Assembly (NCBI GenBank): GCA_016181845.1 | Contig: JACOYO010000005.1 | Span: 2,845-66,844 of the forward strand | Direction of reading: 5' to 3' | Source of the DNA: Parcubacteria group bacterium | GTDB lineage: Bacteria > Patescibacteriota > Minisyncoccia > Phycocordibacterales > 21-14-all-47-15 | DNA length: 64,000 bases | Shown here: piece by piece, positions 29,715 through 38,514 of the stretch | Layout of the letters: every line of letters starts with the position of its first letter | Numbering within the stretch: position 1 is the first letter of the stretch | Program-made: the position numbers and the translations under genes | Notes under the pieces: generated by a model | Databases searched by the model: none | What the model was told of the DNA's origin: nothing | Seen by the model: only the letters and a program-made list of their open reading frames with translations

Positions 29715-30314
29715 TCAAGAACGAACTGATTTGACTAGTTTGTCGGCGTTTTTGACAACCAACCCAGTGCATCCGGGCGGGCGTTCTATAAATTCAAGAA
29801 CCGTAAACGGGTGTCCATCGCGATACATAGGTTTCGTGAAAATTTGCTTGAGACCGGTATCTATGTCGCACGCAATATCCCCGACAAAAGGAACACCCCA
29901 TTGGGTCCATATATGCACCGCCTTTTCAATTTCTTGCACCCGAACGGCAACGTGATGAAATTGACGATATCCGAATTTTACTATCCAATCATAAATGATT
30001 CTACCGCCACCAGAACTCAAAATCTTGTCGTGATTCGGCTGGTCAACGACAATGGTCGGATACCCAGGCTTATAAAAAACCTGAAGGAACCAATCCCCCA
30101 TATTAATTTCCCCATCGGAGACTTTTTCAAAACCTTCCGTGTACAGCCATTTTGCCACATGTTCTATGTTAAATGCTCGAATCGTGCAGTGGTCTACCAG
30201 CGCGCTAATATCAAATTTACAATTTTCAATTTGATGCATAAAATTCCGCGCGTCGTTGTTTTGCCGTACATAATCATCAAAATATTCTTTCAGAAATGAT
30301 TTTTCCGAAAACAT
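29715..30314 (-). CDS. VOC/glyoxalase-superfamily protein
   Basis: VDHCTIR; FHHVAVRV.EIE; LKQIFT; LEFIER; AGGAGG before ATG 30314. Confidence 0.75.
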   Translation of the reverse strand: MFSEKSFLKEYFDDYVRQNNDARNFMHQIENCKFDISALVDHCTIRAFNIEHVAKWLYTEGFEKVSDGEINMGDWFLQVFYKPGYPTIVVDQPNHDKILSSGGGRIIYDWIVKFGYRQFHHVAVRVQEIEKAVHIWTQWGVPFVGDIACDIDTGLKQIFTKPMYRDGHPFTVLEFIERPPGCTGLVVKNADKLVKSVRS

Positions 30315-30437
30315 ATTCCTCCTTTGATTTATGGTTAATTGATGAAGAACATTTCTAATCTGAAACACAGAATACCGAAAAACATAAAAAAAGCAAGCCG
30401 ATTGCGCCAAGACGACTTGTGTTTTTTCTTACGCTTC

Positions 30438-31484
30438 TTATGCCGCAGGTTTTACCACGTTTGCCGGAGCCCCGGCATTAAATGCGTTTATATTTTCTGC
30501 CGTAGTATCTAGAATACGCTGAAGCGCTTCTTTCGTATTAAATGCCATGTGCGGGGTGATAATCACGCGCGGATGGTCAATAAGATAGTGATTTTCAAGC
30601 ATGGTTTTCAAGCTTTCCACATTCGGATGCGGATCGTTCAAAAGCGCCGTTTCATCAAGCAAATACCCTTCTTCTTCAAGCACGTCTAGTCCCGCTCCAG
30701 CGATAATTCCCTTTTCAAGTCCGTACACAAGCGCGTCGGTCTCCACCAAACCACCGCGCGCCGTGTTGATAATGTATGCGCCTTTTTTTATTTTTTCCAC
30801 ATTGCCGCGATTAATAAGATGATGCGTGTGCGGATTGTACGGCGCGTGAAGCGTAATAATATCTGATTGCGCGAGAAGTTCGTCAAATGATACATACGAA
30901 ATCCCAGCCTCTTTTGCGTACGCATCATCGCGCTTAACATCAAACGCGATAATGTTCATTTCAAAACCTTTCGCCATACGAATCACATGCCGCCCGATAT
31001 GTCCGGTGCCCACAACGCCAAACGTCTTCCCTTTCAAATCAAACCCGCGTAGTCCTTGCGGAGAAAATGAGCCGGTCTTAATAACACGGTCATGCCCTTC
31101 GTATGTCATACGAGAAAGCATGAGGAGAAGCGCGAACGCAAATTCAGCGACCGTATTTTCTCCATAAAAAGGCACGTTGGAAACCGTAATCCCGCGCTTG
31201 GCCGTCTCTGAAAGTTCAATGTGGTCAAACCCAGTGGAGCGTGTGGCGATAAATTTTAGGTTTGGGAAACGGTCAAGCTCGGGCGCGCCGATATGCGATT
31301 TCACAAATACCGAGAGAATTTCGGCTTCTGCGTCTCGCGGGTCAGGATTGTCTTGCATGGAACCGGCGTAAAATATCCACTCGTATTCTGGCAATTTTTC
31401 CGCAAGATATTTTTGCTCCCACGGCTCGTTATAAAAAGATACGATTTTTGTTTTTGGCATTGAAATAAGATGAATTGGTAACAT
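30438..31484 (-). CDS. D-isomer-specific 2-hydroxyacid (D-lactate-type) dehydrogenase
   Basis: TRSTGFDH; GTGHIG; INTARG; LDVLEEE; TPHMAF. Confidence 0.92.
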   Translation of the reverse strand: MLPIHLISMPKTKIVSFYNEPWEQKYLAEKLPEYEWIFYAGSMQDNPDPRDAEAEILSVFVKSHIGAPELDRFPNLKFIATRSTGFDHIELSETAKRGITVSNVPFYGENTVAEFAFALLLMLSRMTYEGHDRVIKTGSFSPQGLRGFDLKGKTFGVVGTGHIGRHVIRMAKGFEMNIIAFDVKRDDAYAKEAGISYVSFDELLAQSDIITLHAPYNPHTHHLINRGNVEKIKKGAYIINTARGGLVETDALVYGLEKGIIAGAGLDVLEEEGYLLDETALLNDPHPNVESLKTMLENHYLIDHPRVIITPHMAFNTKEALQRILDTTAENINAFNAGAPANVVKPAA

Positions 31485-31562
31485 GGCTATTATAACATAC
31501 ATGCCTCCACCGAGCATAAAAACGCGCGGTCTTTTTATAGACCGCGCATGAGTGAGGCTGAA

Positions 31563-32306
31563 TCAGCCGAATTTAATTTTTTTGCACACGCCATTTTGGC
31601 ATACTTCAACATCGTTCCATGACGTGCCGGCGCGAAGAGAGCCGCCCAATTTTTTTGCGACAATCTTTTTTTCAACATTCAGATACGTTTCATCAATCTG
31701 AATGAAATCAACGACGCCGTCTTGGTTGGTATCTTTCGCCACACCTATCGCGGTATGCAACCCGCCACCCAATGTTTCCTGAAATACAAACACCGGATTC
31801 CCGAGTTTGTTTTCTTCTATCGGAAATTGGATGAGACGGGAAACAAGCATGTCTTTGTCCGCTTTTGAAAAAATATGGAGCATAAACACTTTATTATCCT
31901 CTTCATTGCTCCACATGTTCCAAAGAAGCGTGGCGTCGTAGAGCGGCGAGGCGAGCAGATTTTTTTTATACGACAGCCGCCCTACATGAAACAATTGCCC
32001 GTCCATGATTTGCGTCGCAATAGTGATATCAAACACTCCAATCGCCGATTCGCCATGCAAAAAAGTTGTTGACCCTATCGGCGATTGCGCAATCGCATTG
32101 AGCAGTAGGTCGTAGGTGTAATAAGTGGCCTTGTGAAAATTTTCCTGACCGACAATGTGTTCAAAGGCGCCGCTTATTTGCTCCAACTTTTCAAGAATAA
32201 GCGCAGAATCCCATTCCTCGTCCGTTTTGGATTGCGTCTCCCCAAATACCACCGCTGGCATATAAAGCATGCATGCAATCATTACTGCAAATGCTATTTT
32301 TTTCAT
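31563..32306 (-). CDS. Secreted hypothetical protein
   Basis: Signal peptide; GGAGGT upstream. Confidence 0.7.
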   Translation of the reverse strand: MKKIAFAVMIACMLYMPAVVFGETQSKTDEEWDSALILEKLEQISGAFEHIVGQENFHKATYYTYDLLLNAIAQSPIGSTTFLHGESAIGVFDITIATQIMDGQLFHVGRLSYKKNLLASPLYDATLLWNMWSNEEDNKVFMLHIFSKADKDMLVSRLIQFPIEENKLGNPVFVFQETLGGGLHTAIGVAKDTNQDGVVDFIQIDETYLNVEKKIVAKKLGGSLRAGTSWNDVEVCQNGVCKKIKFG

Positions 32307-32472
32307 CCGTCACCTCCAGTTAAAATGAGCACGTTGTGTCTACTGTCAAGAATAACAGACGGGCTTGATTTGTCTACAATATCTCCGCTTAATTCTTGAC
32401 AAAGATATTGTCAATGATACCTTGAGCAAAGTTCTTTGTACTAGACTATCAAACATTTTTTGGGAGGCAATC

Positions 32473-32874
32473 ATGCTTAAAAAAGGTCTAGTGATACTAA
32501 TAGCATCAATAATTACTTTCGCAATTTCTTCTTTTGTTTTTGCAGAAACGGCAACAGAACTCCCCGAGTTCAAAGACTGGCCTGTGTATAAAGAACTTCC
32601 TTGCAAGGAACAGTTCGACTTCAAAATGGAAGAATGGCAGTCGGATAAAAATGGGACACAAAAAATTGCGCGAATTACACAAAAATCAACCGATATCACA
32701 TTTATCCTCTTTGAACAACAGGAACAAAACGGTAAGGAGGGCTATTTTTATAAAAATGGAAAACAATTAAAAGATAGAGACTTTTTTGAGGAACTATTCA
32801 AGGCCACTGGTAGTAATGAGGAGACCTTTCTAATGATAATGACGGCCTGTACTGGGCAGTTCAATATAATGTAA
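32473..32874 (+). CDS. Secreted hypothetical protein
   Basis: GGAGG then MLKKGL...VFA signal peptide; terminator 32894-32922. Confidence 0.7.
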   Translation: MLKKGLVILIASIITFAISSFVFAETATELPEFKDWPVYKELPCKEQFDFKMEEWQSDKNGTQKIARITQKSTDITFILFEQQEQNGKEGYFYKNGKQLKDRDFFEELFKATGSNEETFLMIMTACTGQFNIM

Positions 32875-32951
32875 TAGGCCACCATCATACACTAAAAAGC
32901 GCCGCGTCAGTGGCGCTTTTTTTTCGTGATATGCTTTTCCAAAAAAATCAT

Positions 32952-33446
32952 TCAATCAAATCTATGCCATTCGGTCTTCTTCCCCTTTCTTTTGTTTTCA
33001 GCCATGACTAATTCGTCATAAATTCCGTCAAGAAGCTTGTAGTTTTTTGCTTCCTCAATGCTAATCCAGGCAAATTGATCATTTTCCTCAATTTGCAGGT
33101 TGATTTCACCGGAAACATAATCCGCGACGCAAGAAATTACCAGTGACGGACTGCCGTCGGCATGAACGGTCGCCAGACTGGTAATATATTCTATGTTGTT
33201 GATATCAATTCCGACCTCTTCTTTTACTTCTCTGCGCAGAGTTCTCTCAAGAACATTGTACCAATAAAATTCTGTGTCTTTCGGGAGCTTCAAGTAATCG
33301 CTAGTCTCCATTTTTCCTCCCGGCACGGTCCACATTCCGGGAAATCGTTTTTTATTGGGCGATCGTCTGGTAATGAGATATTTGCCATCCTTCACGACGA
33401 TTGCAGTAACCGCTACTTCGTGCAGATATTGATTATTTGTTTCCAT
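32952..33446 (-). CDS. NUDIX hydrolase
   Basis: PGG...LRREVKEEVG Nudix box with insertion. Confidence 0.9.
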   Translation of the reverse strand: METNNQYLHEVAVTAIVVKDGKYLITRRSPNKKRFPGMWTVPGGKMETSDYLKLPKDTEFYWYNVLERTLRREVKEEVGIDINNIEYITSLATVHADGSPSLVISCVADYVSGEINLQIEENDQFAWISIEEAKNYKLLDGIYDELVMAENKRKGKKTEWHRFD

Positions 33447-33486
33447 ATATTTTGTTGTTTAAAAAATAATTTTTTAATACTATTTC

Positions 33487-33690
33487 TCATCTCGCATGAA
33501 TATATTGATACGATAATTTATTATATGCATCGGTAGAATATTCACAAATCCCATCTTCGATTATTACGCCATTTTTCACAATAACCGCGCCGCATTGCGC
33601 CCGAAGACATAAAGATTTCTTTGCAACTTTCGCCGTCGCATTCATCCACCCTTTTGCTTCCCTTTCTTGTTGTCCTGTAAGATATTTCAT
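33487..33690 (-). pseudogene. Internally deleted cytidine/dCMP deaminase-like remnant
   Basis: A.KS.C.R..CGAVIVKNG.II present, but the HAE and PCxxC zinc motifs are missing. Confidence 0.55.
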
Positions 33691-33737
33691 ATCTTAGTTA
33701 TCAATTACACGTTTTCTTACTAAACGCTGGCCTACAT

Positions 33738-34142
33738 TTATATCGTCGCGGACACAAACTCAAGTAGTGATTTCAGCGCATATTCTGTATAAATATCCTT
33801 GGCAACAAAATTTTTATAATCCTCAATAGACCGGATGATGTTGTTTGGGTCTGTCGTTCCGATTCTTTTAGTTGATTCCAAACAGTCGTTCATTTTGGAT
33901 ATAATTTTTTCTATTTCATCTTCCGGTATTTTTTCTGTGCGCAAGTCTTCAATAATTTCTAGATATTTCTGATAAATAGGTTTCAGATATTTTTCTATTA
34001 GAGCGTCTTTTTGTTCTTCTCCCGCCCAACCGCTTGATAATGCATATTGAATACACTTATCAACATATTCCTGCTCGGTTCTAATACGAGATCTTTCTTT
34101 TTTTTGCTCTAATCTAGATATGCGCTCCATGATATTTTTCAA
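33738..34142 (-). CDS. Hypothetical protein
   Basis: 134-aa charged ORF. Confidence 0.55.
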   Translation of the reverse strand: MKNIMERISRLEQKKERSRIRTEQEYVDKCIQYALSSGWAGEEQKDALIEKYLKPIYQKYLEIIEDLRTEKIPEDEIEKIISKMNDCLESTKRIGTTDPNNIIRSIEDYKNFVAKDIYTEYALKSLLEFVSATI

Positions 34143-34243
34143 TTCGTTTTGGTCAAATTTTTTGTAAAATTCGGCTATGCGAAAGCCGAATTAAAAGAGC
34201 TTTTGGCTTAAATTCCCGGTTTTAAAGGTTTTTTAGGCTTCCC

Positions 34244-36760
34244 TCATGACCCATGACATTTCTTATATTTCTTTCCGCTTCCACAAAAACATAAATCGTT
34301 TCTGCCGATTTCATGGCCTTCGCTATCTTTCGGTTTGTGCGAAATCGCTTGCTTCGGCTCTGCATCGCCCGCTGTACTGCCGCCGATTAATTGCGCCGAT
34401 TTGTGCACTTCCTGTAATTTCGTTTCTTCGCGCGCGAACGCTCCTTCACCGATATTCGGCAAAAGAGAAAGTATCTGTCCGGCAATCGCACCTTCCATTT
34501 CTTTGAAAAGAGCGAGTCCTTCTTTTTTATATTCCACGAGCGGATCGCGCTGCCCATACGCGCGCAACCGCACCGAGCTTCGCAGATAATCCATCGTTTC
34601 CAGATGCTCCATCCAAAACATGTCTATCGTTTGCAATATGAGCCCGCGCATCGTCTCGGCAAATTTTTCCTCGCCCATCGCCGCACGTTTCTTCTCAGTC
34701 ATTTCTTTTGTTTCTCCCGCGACCGAAGCATCGGTTATTTCATCAAGATATGTTTCTATCGCTTCACTGCCACCAAAGAGAATACCGCGCCTCCGTCCGT
34801 AGAGAATCTGCCGCTGATGGTTCATCACATCATCGTATTCAAGCACATGGCGCCGCGCGTCAAAATTAAACCCCTCAATTTTCTCCTGCGCCGCTTCAAG
34901 CGATTTTGAAATTAGCTTGTTTTCAATCGCCTGCTCTTCAGGAATACCAAAGCGCCCCATCATATTTTTAATCGTGTCGGAGGCAAACACCCGCATGAGC
35001 GAATCGTCAAGCGATACGAAAAACTGCGTTTCCCCCGTGTCCCCCTGCCTGCCAGCGCGTCCGCGAAGCTGATTGTCTATGCGCCGCGCTTCGTGCCGTT
35101 CGGTACCGAGCACAAAAAGACCGCCTAAAGATTTTACTTCTTCCGACAACTCTTGTGTCGCGGGATTTCCACCAAGTTTTATATCAACCCCGCGCCCCGC
35201 CATGTTGGTCGCAATCGTTACAGCGCCCTTGCGTCCAGCCTGCGCGATGATTTCTCCTTCTCTTTCATGATTCTTTGCGTTGAGTATTTCGTGCCGTACT
35301 CCTTCGCGCGAAAGATACTCCGACAAAATTTCATTTTTCTCAATGGAAACCGTGCCCACGAGCACCGGCTGGCCTTTTTCATTAAGTGTTTTTATTTTCT
35401 TCGCGATTGCTTTTAATTTCCCCTTCTCGTTTTGGTAAATCAAATCATCGCGGTCAATACGCAAAATCGGCTTATTGGTTGGAATTGCAATCACATCAAG
35501 CCCGTACACTTTTCTAAATTCTTCCGCGGAAGTGAGCGCGGTACCGGTCATTCCGGAAAGTTTTTTATACATCCGAAAATAATTTTGAAACGTAATTGAT
35601 GCAAACGTGCGCGATTCACGCTGGATTTCAACCCCCTCTTTTGCCTCAATCGCCTGGTGCAGTCCTTCACTCCACCTGCGCCCGGGCTGAAGCCGCCCGG
35701 TAAACTCATCAACAATGACCACTTCGCCATTGCGGACGACATAATCTTTATCACGCTGGAAAAGCGCTTTGGCGCGCACGGCCGTTTCCAGATGATGCAC
35801 ATATTTAATGCCTTTTTCCGTGTAGATATTTTCAACCCCGAGTAATTTTTCTGCCTTTGTTATTCCTTCGTCGGTCAGCGTCGCCGATTTGAATTTTTCA
35901 TCAACCTTAAAATCAGTTTCTTTTTGCAGTTGCGCCGCAATTTTTGCAAACACGGTGTAAAACGCATCCGATTCTTGCGCCGGAGCCGAAATGATAAGCG
36001 GCGTGCGCGCTTCGTCTATTAAAATGGAATCAACCTCATCAACAATCGCATAATAGTGTCCGCGTTGACGTACTTCTTCTTTGCGATAACTGATATTATC
36101 GCGCAAATAATCAAATCCGAATTCATTGTTTGTGCCATACGTAATGTCAGCCGCGTACGCTTCGCGCCTGCTTACCGGACGCAAAAATTCATGCACTACT
36201 TTGAACGCGCCTTTTTCATCCCGTTCTTTATCGAGTTCGCTATCCGTTTGCGCAGACAAATGTTTCGGGTCATATATAAAAGATGATTCATGATTGATAC
36301 ATCCGACCGACATTCCGAGCGCTTGATATATCTGCCCCATCCACACGGCATCGCGGCGCGAGAGATAATCATTCACCGTCACCACATGCACACCTTCACC
36401 AGCAAGCGCGTTGAGATACGCAGGCAATGTGGCAACAAGCGTTTTCCCTTCACCGGTTTTCATTTCTGAAATGTTGTTTCGATGGAGCACGATTCCTCCC
36501 AACAATTGCATATCAAAATGCCGCTCCCCGAGGGTCCGTCGAGCCGCCTCGCGCACCGTCGCAAACGCTTCCGGCAAAATGTCGTCAAGAGATTCGCCGC
36601 TTGCAATCCGCTCTTTGAATTGCGCGGTTTTTTGAGCCAATGCTTCGGAAGAAAGGTCATTGAGCTTATCTTCAAAAGAGTTGATTTGAGCCACCAGAGG
36701 CGCGAGCCGCTTGACAGATTTTGTATTTTCGTCGCTGAATATTTTCGTAAAAAATCCCAT
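34244..36760 (-). CDS. secA: Preprotein translocase subunit SecA
   Basis: MKTGEGKT; DEVDSILIDEARTP; QLRGRAGRQGD; C-terminal CFCGSGKKYKKCHG. Confidence 0.98.
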   Translation of the reverse strand: MGFFTKIFSDENTKSVKRLAPLVAQINSFEDKLNDLSSEALAQKTAQFKERIASGESLDDILPEAFATVREAARRTLGERHFDMQLLGGIVLHRNNISEMKTGEGKTLVATLPAYLNALAGEGVHVVTVNDYLSRRDAVWMGQIYQALGMSVGCINHESSFIYDPKHLSAQTDSELDKERDEKGAFKVVHEFLRPVSRREAYAADITYGTNNEFGFDYLRDNISYRKEEVRQRGHYYAIVDEVDSILIDEARTPLIISAPAQESDAFYTVFAKIAAQLQKETDFKVDEKFKSATLTDEGITKAEKLLGVENIYTEKGIKYVHHLETAVRAKALFQRDKDYVVRNGEVVIVDEFTGRLQPGRRWSEGLHQAIEAKEGVEIQRESRTFASITFQNYFRMYKKLSGMTGTALTSAEEFRKVYGLDVIAIPTNKPILRIDRDDLIYQNEKGKLKAIAKKIKTLNEKGQPVLVGTVSIEKNEILSEYLSREGVRHEILNAKNHEREGEIIAQAGRKGAVTIATNMAGRGVDIKLGGNPATQELSEEVKSLGGLFVLGTERHEARRIDNQLRGRAGRQGDTGETQFFVSLDDSLMRVFASDTIKNMMGRFGIPEEQAIENKLISKSLEAAQEKIEGFNFDARRHVLEYDDVMNHQRQILYGRRRGILFGGSEAIETYLDEITDASVAGETKEMTEKKRAAMGEEKFAETMRGLILQTIDMFWMEHLETMDYLRSSVRLRAYGQRDPLVEYKKEGLALFKEMEGAIAGQILSLLPNIGEGAFAREETKLQEVHKSAQLIGGSTAGDAEPKQAISHKPKDSEGHEIGRNDLCFCGSGKKYKKCHGS

Positions 36761-36883
36761 AACCGATATCTTTTTAAAAAGTAAAAAGTATGTCTATTCT
36801 ATCAGAAAACGCAAAATCCCCGAAGCATCGGGGATTTTGGAATGCCATCCGCAGAAAACGCGGATAATTGACGGCAAGGGCAT

Positions 36884-36973
36884 TTATCGCTTTTTGCGAT
36901 GTGATGATTTCTTCTTTTTTGAAACTTTCTTTTTCTTAGAAACTTTTTTTGATGACTTCTTTTTCTTTTTCAT
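36884..36973 (-). CDS. 29-aa lysine-rich micro-protein (MKKKKKSSKKVSKKKKVSKKKKSSHRKKR)
   Basis: ATG 36973 to TAA 36884; followed by terminator-like hairpin 36813-36838. Confidence 0.6.
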   Translation of the reverse strand: MKKKKKSSKKVSKKKKVSKKKKSSHRKKR

Positions 36974-37149
36974 AAAATATTTTATTTTTATTTTTAGTAA
37001 CAATATTGTCGACCGTTTTTCCAAAAAATATTTTTTTATTTTTTAGAAAAAACTTTACTATCTTCATTATCGTACAAATAAAAAACAAAAACAATACTTT
37101 TTTTCAAAACTGTGGATAACTTTTGCAAAAAAATATTTCAGAAAATGTT

Positions 37150-38193
37150 TCAGATTGTCGTTTGTGAAAAATCTCCGAGCGTTTGCACTTCAAATTCCAG
37201 CGTAATACCTGTTTCTTTTTTTACGCGCGTTTTAATTTTTTGCGCGAGGATAAACACATCTTGCGCGCGAGCACGACGATGATTAACCAGCACCAATGGC
37301 TGGCGGATATATATCGCCGCATCGCCGCAACGAAACTGTTTTTCGCCGCAAAAATTTCTGATGAGCCACGCCGCGGAAAGCTTGTCATGCGTTTCCGTGT
37401 GAGCATGGAGCGGCGCGCCGTAAAAAAGATGCTTGAAAATATGACTATGCGCTTTTTGCAATAAAGGATTCTTGAAAAACGAGCCGGCAGTTCCCGTCTC
37501 GCTCACATCGGGAAGTTTTTGTTTTCTAATGGCAATAATCGCTTCGCGCATGCGCGCTGGATTGGGCGCAACAATGCCTTTCGCCTCAAGATATGCTTCA
37601 ACTTCAGGATATCCTCTTTCCGGATGGCCATCGCGCGAAAGACGAAAAGCAATACGAAGCACGATAAGATTTTTATTATTCTCATTCTTAAACATGCTGT
37701 GCCGATATGAAAATCCGCATTCGTCGTTTGAAAGCCGCCGTACCGCTTTCGTGTCTGCGTCAAATACTTCAACCCATTCAATAACATCTTTCACTTCCTG
37801 CCCGTACGCGCCGATATTTTGTACCGGAGACGCGCCCACCGTGCCCGGAATAGCAGACAGATTTTCAATCCCATAGAGTCCTTTTGCAACGGTATCGGCG
37901 ACAAATGCATCCCATGATTCACCGGAATGCGCAATGACACGCGCGAAAGAACCGTCATCGGAATATTCTTTCCCGCGCAAACGCATTTTAATCACGAGCC
38001 CGGGAAGTCCATTGTCTGCTATAAGAACATTTGAACCGCCGCCTAAAATAAAAAAAGGCGCAGATTTTGTTTCCGCGAATGCCAACGCCTCTGCTAATTC
38101 AGCTTCATTTGAAGCCTCGCAAAAATATCGCGCCGGTCCGCCGATGCGAAAAGTGGTGTGTTTGGCGAGCGGCTCTTGTTCCAAAATACGCAT
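37150..38193 (-). CDS. murB: UDP-N-acetylenolpyruvoylglucosamine reductase
   Basis: TTFRIGGPA; GGGSN; IPGTVGA..QNIGAYG; AGSFFKNP; LEFEV. Confidence 0.95.
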   Translation of the reverse strand: MRILEQEPLAKHTTFRIGGPARYFCEASNEAELAEALAFAETKSAPFFILGGGSNVLIADNGLPGLVIKMRLRGKEYSDDGSFARVIAHSGESWDAFVADTVAKGLYGIENLSAIPGTVGASPVQNIGAYGQEVKDVIEWVEVFDADTKAVRRLSNDECGFSYRHSMFKNENNKNLIVLRIAFRLSRDGHPERGYPEVEAYLEAKGIVAPNPARMREAIIAIRKQKLPDVSETGTAGSFFKNPLLQKAHSHIFKHLFYGAPLHAHTETHDKLSAAWLIRNFCGEKQFRCGDAAIYIRQPLVLVNHRRARAQDVFILAQKIKTRVKKETGITLEFEVQTLGDFSQTTI

Positions 38194-38323
38194 ATCTTAT
38201 TATCTATACAAATGTGGTCAGCCGGAGCGAGCTCCAAAGCAAATATCTATGTGAGTGCGCGGCTGACCGCATTTACATACAAAACATATCTTCAGTATAG
38301 CATCATGCTCATACAGCGCAATC

Positions 38324-38346
38324 ACTTGGAGGCTTCGCCTCCAAGT
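38324..38346. repeat. REP-like palindrome ACTTGGAGGC-TTC-GCCTCCAAGT (family D singlet)
   Basis: 10-bp perfect arms, intergenic. Confidence 0.6.
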
Positions 38347-38360
38347 CTTCTAAGTGACGC

Positions 38361-38476
38361 CAAAAAACGTAAAACCCCGCACTTGGCGGGGTTTTACGCA
38401 GATATTGCTCGAGAAATGTCTCCAATGAAGGACACACTCACATTTCAAAGATAGCAGACGGCATGCAAAAAGTCAA
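38361..38476 (-). ncRNA. Candidate ~80-nt transcript with own promoter and terminator (sRNA or leaderless 15-aa peptide)
   Basis: TTGACT-17 nt-TATCTT with TG extension (38476-38448); terminator AAAACCCCGC-CAAGT-GCGGGGTTTT then T run. Confidence 0.45.
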
Positions 38477-38514
38477 GAAATTTATCCACAACCGTAGAGC
38501 GAATGTCCGTCTGA

